A stretch of 64,000 nt of DNA from Chloroflexota bacterium (GTDB taxonomy: Bacteria > Chloroflexota > Dehalococcoidia > SZUA-161 > SpSt-899), in NCBI GenBank assembly GCA_013203045.1, contig JABMQN010000275.1, positions 4,515 through 68,514 of the forward strand. The letters run 5' to 3'. Under the pieces are notes generated by a model, which worked only from the letters and a program-made list of their open reading frames with translations, was not told the origin of the DNA and made no database searches. This document shows positions 57,548 through 64,000 of the stretch, piece by piece; the stretch's first letter is position 1; every line of letters starts with the position of its first letter. The translations under genes were made by a program, and so were the position numbers.

Positions 57548-58260
57548 ATGAGAAAGGTGACGATTGTATTACTGTCTCTCTTGATATTGGTTGGTATACC
57601 TGTAATGGCAGCTTGTGGGGGCGGGGGTGACTCAACCCCAACACTGGGCCAAACTCCCGATATCACCACTACATCCTCTCCTACACCTTCGCCGGTGTTG
57701 ACATCGACTCCTTCTCCTACGATAACGCCGACACCTTCACCAACATCGGATTCAGTTCGTCAAGCAATATCGAAATGCGGGTTATACGGCGAAGTTCGTT
57801 GGTACTGATTGGCACATCGCTTCCCTCGACTCGGTAGATGATGCAGGTCTTTGGCCTGAAATCGATGGAATGCTACTGCTGCAATCTATTCAATGGTGGG
57901 AATGATGAGGGTGAGGTATTGGACATGACCAAGTCGATTTTGAATGAATATCGACCTGATGAAGCTGAAGCGATAATTCGCTCAGGTGGGGGATATCTGA
58001 AGATGCAGCAACTGTACATCATGTTTGAACTCATTTCAGATACGGTCGAAGAAATAGGTCCGAAAAATTTCAGTTCCCAGGCAGTCTATGACACTGCAAA
58101 GACGTTTTCGATAGACGTTGATGGTTGTCCCCATAGTTATACCGATACTAAACGGGTTTCCAACGATGCACTCGCTTCATTTGAGGTACGTGCTGATGAG
58201 AAGGACATATTTAGGAGAGAGTCAGGACCCAAGTGGTATCCGGTCCTCAATGAACCATAA
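57548..58260 (+). pseudogene. decayed PBP1-type solute-binding lipoprotein paralog (internal deletion + frameshift)
   Basis: 57548.. has a signal peptide/lipobox MAACGGGG and a TP linker. 57790..57905 reads AKFVGTDWHIASLDSVDDAGLWPEIDGMLLLQSIQWWE in a second frame, matching ATFIGSDAHIAFL...PSQWWN of 55432. 57838..58260 is the C-terminal 140 aa in a third frame. ~250 codons of the middle are missing. Confidence 0.6.
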
Positions 58261-58546
58261 ATACTGCTGGGTCTCGTATCTATGATAAAGGAAAATGTTC
58301 CTCCCAGGGAACCTTAATGGCTCAAAGTTCGTCTTAATGGCAAAGGAAAGATATGAGGAGGTTCGAAATGACACTTCTCAAATGGTACGGAGTATGGCAA
58401 GTGGATTTGTGAAGCCCTGTCTTAGGGACAGGGCGCTTAGACTGACAACCATGCCCGTTTTCAACAACAAGACCAGTCCTAACTAAGGATAGTCTACTCC
58501 GGGTGCAAACCCGGGAAAGGGCCAAGATTGTCGAGAGGCAGATAGC

Positions 58547-58580
58547 GAGGGCCGCTGAGAAAGTGGCCCTCGTTTTTTTG
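58547..58580 (+). terminator. rho-independent terminator
   Basis: GAGGGCCgctgagaaagtGGCCCTC followed by GTTTTTTT. Confidence 0.7.
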
Positions 58581-58806
58581 GGATTTCGTTTTTGCTTACT
58601 AAGAAAGAGTGTGATTAAGGACCAATCTTTCCGTCCATATTCCTGGTAGCTGCCAAGGTGGTTTGGGGTTTATTGAGGGAGCGGGGGACCTGTGTGATGA
58701 AGAGGATTTACGTTCACTCGTAGCCAGAAAAAGAGGCTAAACCTCTACTAGGAGGTTTAGCCTCCATCACAAATTCCTGATTATACTGGTCTATGTGATG
58801 CTTGTT

Positions 58807-58947
58807 TTAGCTCTTGCCAATTCTGAAGACTTTCGTGCCGCATTTCGGGCAGACGCCCTGCGTTGCTGGCCTACCATTCTTCATGGTGATCTTCTTCGGG
58901 TTCTTGATATCCTTCTTGGCGCGGCATTTCATGCAGTATGCTTGCAT
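58807..58947 (-). CDS. 46-aa zinc-ribbon small protein (unannotated, below ORF-track threshold)
   Basis: The reverse complement encodes MQAYCMKCRAKKDIKNPKKITMKNGRPATQGVCPKCGTKVFRIGKS. It has two CxxC pairs and is Lys-rich. Intergenic DNA flanks it. Confidence 0.5.
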   Translation of the reverse strand: MQAYCMKCRAKKDIKNPKKITMKNGRPATQGVCPKCGTKVFRIGKS

Positions 58948-59086
58948 AGCTACACCTCCTTTGCCGTGAATCATAAACCAATTCTACGTGAAATGTCAAT
59001 ACGTACTCGAATTCTCAATTTGAACGAATACGAAAACAAAAACCGTTTTTTAATTTGACTGGCGTTGTATTTTTGCTAATAGACAC

Positions 59087-59116
59087 TTGCCTGGTTTACT
59101 CTCAGGGACGTATAAT
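59087..59116 (+). promoter_or_regulatory. sigma70-like promoter candidate for LRR lipoprotein gene
   Basis: TTGCCT - 18 nt - TATAAT, 55 bp upstream of ATG 59171. Confidence 0.4.
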
Positions 59117-59170
59117 GCTATTAAAGTGTCGAGAGAATTGAATGTGAAAACCGTTGAAAGGAACGACTAA

Positions 59171-59971
59171 ATGAAGAAACCGGAATGTCTGTTGGGATTA
59201 TTGGTATTATTACTCGTTACGATAGTATCGGCTTGTGGTAGTGGAGATGGGACCTCTTCGCCAGTAGTGACACCATGCAATAACCAAGTGAGTTTCCCCG
59301 ATAGCAATCTTGAGACCGCAATTCGTGAGGCAATCGAAAAACCGTTCGGGGATATATGCCAATCTGATCTTGAGAAGCTCACTGCTTTTAACGCGAATTA
59401 TGCCAATATTACTGATATCACTGGATTGGAGCACTGCATTAATCTTGAGAATCTCTCGCTTCTGGGAAACCAGATAAGCGATACCTTCCCACTTGCCAAT
59501 CTAACGAATCTGACTCTGCTCATGATTGGAGAAAATCAGATAAAAGATTTATCTTCCATTTCTGAACTCACCAACTTGATAAGTCTTGCCATGCCATCGA
59601 ATGAGATTAGTGACATATCTCAATTATCACAACTCACCAATCTGGAAGTACTATGGATCATGAATAACCAAATAAGCGATATCACTCCACTTGCCAATTT
59701 CACCAATCTCAATACACTGTTTTTGGGAGATAATCAGATCAGTGACCTGTCGCCTCTCTCAGGTCTCCCCAATTTAACTGCCATCGAAATCAAAAACAAC
59801 GAAATCGCTGATATCGCTCCGCTGGTAGAGAATGGTGATTTAGCTGAAGAGGATATTGTGGATTTGCAGGGCAATCCCCTGAGCGAAACATCGGAGAATG
59901 TGTATGTTCCTCAACTTGAAGAACGGGGAGTAATGGTCTTCTGGGGACCACTTCCTGAATCGAATAGTTAG
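59171..59971 (+). CDS. leucine-rich-repeat (internalin-like, 22-residue LRR) lipoprotein
   Basis: Lipobox TIVSACG, then ~8 repeats LxxLTNLxxLxLxxNQISDIxP. Confidence 0.75.
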   Translation: MKKPECLLGLLVLLLVTIVSACGSGDGTSSPVVTPCNNQVSFPDSNLETAIREAIEKPFGDICQSDLEKLTAFNANYANITDITGLEHCINLENLSLLGNQISDTFPLANLTNLTLLMIGENQIKDLSSISELTNLISLAMPSNEISDISQLSQLTNLEVLWIMNNQISDITPLANFTNLNTLFLGDNQISDLSPLSGLPNLTAIEIKNNEIADIAPLVENGDLAEEDIVDLQGNPLSETSENVYVPQLEERGVMVFWGPLPESNS

Positions 59972-60138
59972 TTTTCTGTATCACTCCAACTAATGCGTAC
60001 TTGAATACATGAGAAGATTGGAGGATTAATCTCCGAATACAGAAATACAATATCCAATAGAGAAATCTCAAAGTGGTGGTAATGAAACCTTAAAGGCTGT
60101 CCTCCAATTAATTCGGGGTTGATGTGGTGCTTCGGAGG

Positions 60139-61737
60139 TTATCCACTAGTGATCGGTAAGCGATCAACATGTCCATTGTGGGTCCAGAACCAGCTAATAT
60201 GACCGTTGGAAGACTCGAATTTCAAGTATCCCGCGTCAACAAGTGATTGTGTGGTTCTATGCACGAAGTCATTCTCTGTCTCAGTGAGTGATGCAATTTT
60301 ATAAGCGAGTTCGCTTGTGGGATTATCTCCGTTTTTGGGGAAAGTGCCTGTGTCTGCAATGATGTCTTCTGAGAGTAACTTGAAGATGAGTCTCATACGC
60401 CGATCGCCCTCGACTCTGAGAGATTCGTATGGGGTGCATCGGTTCTCGCTATGGCGTCTTTGAATATCTTCCCAATCTTTTTGCTGTATTTTATCGAAGG
60501 CATTAGCAAAGTCGTCCATCTCGGAGGAACTGAGCGCTGAAGTTCGAACAACTGCACGGTTGGCATCGTAGCAATCCCAATCATCGGTGATGATCTCGAG
60601 ATCATATTGGTCTATCTCTTCCACCACAGTTGTCCCCGGGAAGGGAGCTAGCATATGGTACCCGTAGTAGATTTCGAGTTCATCTGCAAATTTACTGCTA
60701 TCGCTGAGAGTCTGATGGTTCTCACCGGGCAATCCTATCATAAAGGACGCGTGGGTTCCCATACCGATTTCTTTGCAATACCGCACTGCTGCGCGGGCCT
60801 GATCCAGTGTGATACCTTTCTTTACCCGTTTTAGCATTTCGGGATTCCCCGATTCTATACCAAAGCTTATGCTATCGCATCCGGCATCTTGCATTATTTT
60901 CAGAGTTTCTCTATCGACGGTGTTGACCCTCGAGAAAGCACTCCATCCAAAATTTATACCGCGTCTGATGATTTCACCGCAGAGTTCCTTCACACGTTGC
61001 TTATTGGCGGTGAAAATGTCATCGGCGATATTGATCCTGTCAACACCATAGTAAGTGATAAGATGCTCTATCTCGTCTACTACCTTCGAAGGTGAACGGT
61101 GGCGCACTTTATATCCAACCATGCGCCGTCCCAGACAGAAGATACATCGATTTGGACAGCCGCGACTGGTGATGACACTAACTGGAAAACCAAGTGCTCC
61201 ATATCTTGACATTGGAAGTAGATGTCGTGCCGGTAGAGGTAATGTATCCAGATCCTCAATTAGCGGACGTGGAGGGGTCGTGACTATTTCCTCACCACTG
61301 CGGAAGGCAATGCCGTTGATTTTGGGCCATGATTCCCTATCAGTTATGAGGGGCAGGAGTTCCATTAGTGTCTGCTCGCCCTCGCCTTTGATGATCAGAT
61401 CGATCTCCGGATATTGGCCAAGTGTGGCTTCAATATCAAAAGATACATGTGGCCCACCCATCATGGTGATAAGTGATGGTTTATATTGTTTGGCTTCCCT
61501 GATAATACCAGCGGCGGCACGAAAGTTCATGGTTACCGCAGTAGTTCCCACAATATCAGGGTTGAACGAATCAATATCTTGTCTGAGTTTTTCCGGAGTA
61601 TAGCGGCTGACAATGTAATCGAATATTGCTACTTTGGCACCGGCTGCTTCACATATTGCGGCAACATAAGAAAGACCCAAAGGAGGAGAAGGTGCCTCTT
61701 CGAGAGGATACGGAGGAGCAATTAGAGCTATTTTCAT
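60139..61737 (-). CDS. B12-binding-domain radical SAM protein (class B rSAM family)
   Basis: N-terminal cobalamin-binding Rossmann domain (KIALIAPPYP...). Radical SAM CxxxCxxC in SRGCPNRCIFCLG. A ~150-aa C-terminal extension follows. Confidence 0.75.
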   Translation of the reverse strand: MKIALIAPPYPLEEAPSPPLGLSYVAAICEAAGAKVAIFDYIVSRYTPEKLRQDIDSFNPDIVGTTAVTMNFRAAAGIIREAKQYKPSLITMMGGPHVSFDIEATLGQYPEIDLIIKGEGEQTLMELLPLITDRESWPKINGIAFRSGEEIVTTPPRPLIEDLDTLPLPARHLLPMSRYGALGFPVSVITSRGCPNRCIFCLGRRMVGYKVRHRSPSKVVDEIEHLITYYGVDRINIADDIFTANKQRVKELCGEIIRRGINFGWSAFSRVNTVDRETLKIMQDAGCDSISFGIESGNPEMLKRVKKGITLDQARAAVRYCKEIGMGTHASFMIGLPGENHQTLSDSSKFADELEIYYGYHMLAPFPGTTVVEEIDQYDLEIITDDWDCYDANRAVVRTSALSSSEMDDFANAFDKIQQKDWEDIQRRHSENRCTPYESLRVEGDRRMRLIFKLLSEDIIADTGTFPKNGDNPTSELAYKIASLTETENDFVHRTTQSLVDAGYLKFESSNGHISWFWTHNGHVDRLPITSG

Positions 61738-61890
61738 ACCATTCTGGTTATCTTGATCTCTTCTTTTGGAAATCAACCAAAAGATACCTTATAAGCAAAG
61801 GTTGATCGATTGTCTGTTCTCTAGTGTACCACACTCAAACCCAAACAGGGAGGATTCTCTGAGGACAGGAGAATAGAGGCGAATACGACC

Positions 61891-62277
61891 CTAACGCAGG
61901 GAGGTTTCTTGCTGTTGGGAGCGCATCACTGCTGCCACACGTGCAAGGAGTTCATCGATAGCAAAAGGTTTGGTAAGATAGTCATCAGCTCCAAGGTTGA
62001 GTAATTCAATCTTGTCCGTCAAATCATTCTTTGCACTAAGCATTATTATTGGTACTTCAGATGATTTGCGAATCTGTTGGCATACTTCCAGGCCGTCGGT
62101 CCCAGGTAACATGATATCCAGGATCACCAGATCTAGCTTTCTTTCCGTGAAAAACTTGAGTGCAGATTCGCCATCCTCGGCTGCAATAACATCAAAATCA
62201 CGCGCTCTCAGGTTAGCGCTGACGAATTTTAAAATCAAGGGATCGTCATCAACGACGAGGATTGTTGGATTAGTCAT
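61891..62277 (-). CDS. stand-alone receiver domain protein (OmpR-like REC without DNA-binding domain)
   Basis: ILVVDDD..LDIMLPGTDG..K followed by an OmpR-type linker, then a stop. There is a 4-nt overlap with the upstream kinase gene. Confidence 0.7.
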   Translation of the reverse strand: MTNPTILVVDDDPLILKFVSANLRARDFDVIAAEDGESALKFFTERKLDLVILDIMLPGTDGLEVCQQIRKSSEVPIIMLSAKNDLTDKIELLNLGADDYLTKPFAIDELLARVAAVMRSQQQETSLR

Positions 62278-64000
62278 TTCTGGGTACCCCCATCATGAGA
62301 ATAAGTTGGAACAGTTTTTCTATTTTGGGAACGAGTGGGAGCATCCTGTAGAATCGGTATACTAAAACTGAATTTGGATCCTTCACCAAGCTTGCTCTCT
62401 ACCCAGATTTTGCCATCGTGTCCTTCCACGATTCCTTTACAGATAGCTAATCCCAGGCCAGTTCCGCCTCTCCTGCGAGCTATACCGCTCTCTAACCGAT
62501 AGAAACGGTCGAAAACCATACCAATGTGCTGGTTAGCAATGCCGATGCCCTGGTCGGAAACGGATACCACAATACTACCGTTTTGGCTTTTAGCCTTTAA
62601 AGTGATACGTGTGCCTTCTTCGGAATAAGACGCGGCATTCGATACCAGATTGGTAATAACCTGTCCGATCCGTATTTGGTCGGCATAGATCTGTGGCATG
62701 CCCTGAGAAATGTTCATCTCAAATTCGTGTTTTCTCACCAATCCTTTTAGGTGGTCGCTGAGTTGGCTTACGACTGCAGAGATGCTGCTAGGTAACTTGT
62801 GCATAGTCATGATACCTGATTCCATTTGAGACATTTGCATCAAGTCTTCTACGATGTGTGTGAGAATATCTGATTCTCGGTCGATGATTTTAAGGAAGTC
62901 CTTCTGTGTTTCGCTATCCCACTCTACGTCTTCTTGGGTGAGCGTGCTGGCAAGTCCTTTAATGGATGTTAAGGGAGTCCGCAGTTCATGAGATACACTG
63001 GCCAGGAGTTCGGTTCTCAGGAGATCAAGTTCCTCCAACGCTTCGGCTCGCGAAGCTTCTTCGAGTAGCAGGGCATTTTCGATAGCCGTACCAATTTGAT
63101 GACCAATGGTGACCAAGAGTTCCCTTTCTTCCGGATTAAATACGCGATCTTCCCGTGTTAAAGAGCACATCACGCCCAACAATTCCCCCCTCGCTTTGAG
63201 CGGTACGGCCATAGCCGATTTCAACTGTTGTTCGGTCGCTATGCTTATGGCTTTGTGTGGTAATGATTGAAGCAAATCGGGGATCGATTCAAGGAATACA
63301 GGCTCCCATGATTCGCTCATTAGCTTGAAAATATCACTGTCTTCAAGCTTTATCGGTGAAATGTCCTTGATTTGTTCATCAGTAGCACCACGAGTTACTG
63401 TAAGAACTAAGCTCTTCTCTTCTTTATCCAGTAGAGCGATGATACCATTTTCAATGTTAAGTATCTGCAGGGTTTTATCCAGGGTATTGTTGAGGATTCT
63501 ATCAAGGTCAAAGGATTGACTGATCGTTTGGGCGATGTCATTAAGGGCAGTGAGCTCTTTGTTATGCTGCAGAATTAACTCTTCATCACGTTTTCGCGCA
63601 GTGATATCCCTCAGGATAATCAAGATACCCTCTAAATTTTCGTCTTGATTCACAAGCCTAGAACTTGCTTCAACGAATACCGTGCTCCCATCCCGGTGTT
63701 TAGCTTGAACTGTGATATGGCTTTCAGTCCGATTTTTGAAGGCATTAGTGAAGAGATTTGTCAGATTTCTATAGGCATCCGGTTCGATCTGCATATATTC
63801 TGTGAAAACACTACCTATTACCTCTTCCCGCTTCCATCCAAAAATATCTTCAACCCGATCATTTACGTCAATAACAACTCCTTTCATATTCAGGTAGATG
63901 ATCTCATCGTTAACGTTTTCAAAGATAGTTCTGAATTTCTCTTCGCTTTCCCGCAAGGCATCTTCAGCTTTTTTACGCTCAGTAGCGTCTCTCAAGTTAA
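62274..64000 (-). CDS. PAS-GAF sensor histidine kinase, 5' end beyond window
   Basis: PAS (EEKFRTIFENVNDEIIYLNMKGVVIDVN...ITARK), GAF, H-box SHELRTPLTSI, and HATPase GGTGLGLAICKG. The frame is open to the window edge. Confidence 0.8.
   Translation of the reverse strand, partial: NLRDATERKKAEDALRESEEKFRTIFENVNDEIIYLNMKGVVIDVNDRVEDIFGWKREEVIGSVFTEYMQIEPDAYRNLTNLFTNAFKNRTESHITVQAKHRDGSTVFVEASSRLVNQDENLEGILIILRDITARKRDEELILQHNKELTALNDIAQTISQSFDLDRILNNTLDKTLQILNIENGIIALLDKEEKSLVLTVTRGATDEQIKDISPIKLEDSDIFKLMSESWEPVFLESIPDLLQSLPHKAISIATEQQLKSAMAVPLKARGELLGVMCSLTREDRVFNPEERELLVTIGHQIGTAIENALLLEEASRAEALEELDLLRTELLASVSHELRTPLTSIKGLASTLTQEDVEWDSETQKDFLKIIDRESDILTHIVEDLMQMSQMESGIMTMHKLPSSISAVVSQLSDHLKGLVRKHEFEMNISQGMPQIYADQIRIGQVITNLVSNAASYSEEGTRITLKAKSQNGSIVVSVSDQGIGIANQHIGMVFDRFYRLESGIARRRGGTGLGLAICKGIVEGHDGKIWVESKLGEGSKFSFSIPILQDAPTRSQNRKTVPTYSHDGGTQK

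Noticed and set aside
59400-59800. Tandem ~66-nt DNA repeats
   Set aside because: The coding LRR periodicity (22-residue repeats of the internalin-like lipoprotein) explains them. They are not an independent repeat element or a CRISPR array.
61055-61603. 182-aa plus-strand ORF opposite the B12-radical SAM gene
   Set aside because: The opposite-strand gene has clear CxxxCxxC and B12-domain motifs. This frame has none.

Overview
This 64-kb window reads as a gene-dense, mostly accessory region of a bacterial genome. My guess is a Chloroflexi-like anaerobe, based on an archaeal-type thymidylate synthase, PAC2 proteins, corrinoid methyltransferase parts and many orphan TP-linker lipoprotein solute-binding proteins. 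I found no rRNA, tRNA or CRISPR array.

Main blocks, in order:
1. Positions 1-1941, minus strand: an MtaA-like methyltransferase (partial), a corrinoid protein and a PAS-LuxR regulator.
2. Positions 2328-4261: a maf gene and a CrtI-like FAD oxidoreductase.
3. Positions 5765-13566, plus strand: a thiolase-fold block. It comprises an HMG-CoA-synthase-like protein fused to a DUF35 zinc-ribbon/OB domain that apparently lacks the Cys nucleophile. It also holds an SCP-x-type thiolase, four SDR reductases, a zf-trcl zinc-ribbon protein and an RRM protein.
4. Positions 13597-26752, 13 kb on the minus strand, headed by a second PAS-LuxR regulator. It encodes a tungsten-type aldehyde:ferredoxin oxidoreductase flanked by two paralogous APH-like kinases, each fused to a C-terminal SCP2 lipid-binding domain. 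It also encodes two paralogous Cys-rich 2x[4Fe-4S] proteins, three NTF2/SnoaL-fold proteins, an SDR, a HAD hydrolase, a GNAT and an unknown 391-aa protein. I read this as a candidate undescribed pathway for ATP-dependent activation and oxidation of a hydrophobic (sterol or isoprenoid-like) alcohol.
5. Positions 27029-31908: an orphan PBP1-type lipoprotein, a metallophosphoesterase, a tandem PAC2 pair and a 4HBT thioesterase.
6. Positions 32417-42206: a chemotaxis-like signalling block with CheR, a CheB catalytic domain and a 1659-aa multisensor hybrid histidine kinase carrying three receiver domains. The kinase's coiled-coil stalk carries three chemoreceptor-like ANEELxxKT repeats. Two REC-HK paralogs and a CheY-like regulator follow.
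7. Positions 42349-49722: dut, an acyl-CoA synthetase with an apparent N-terminal frameshift, a gamma-CA-like protein, YajD, a GNAT, an SRPBCC protein and a GH-like lipoprotein.
8. Positions 50369-55137: a type IV pilin / pseudopilin operon with four prepilin-type proteins, a double-zinc-ribbon membrane protein and an 847-aa protein.
9. Positions 55387-64000: another lipoprotein solute-binding protein, an archaeal-type thymidylate synthase, a decayed solute-binding paralog, an LRR lipoprotein, a B12-radical-SAM enzyme, and a REC plus PAS-GAF kinase pair. That kinase's PAS module is nearly identical to the PAS of the PAS-LuxR regulator at 25805.

I also found several repeat or MITE-like palindromic elements, intrinsic terminators, a -10/-35 promoter and small unannotated ORFs. 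All product calls come from motif and family recognition by eye; none was checked against a database.
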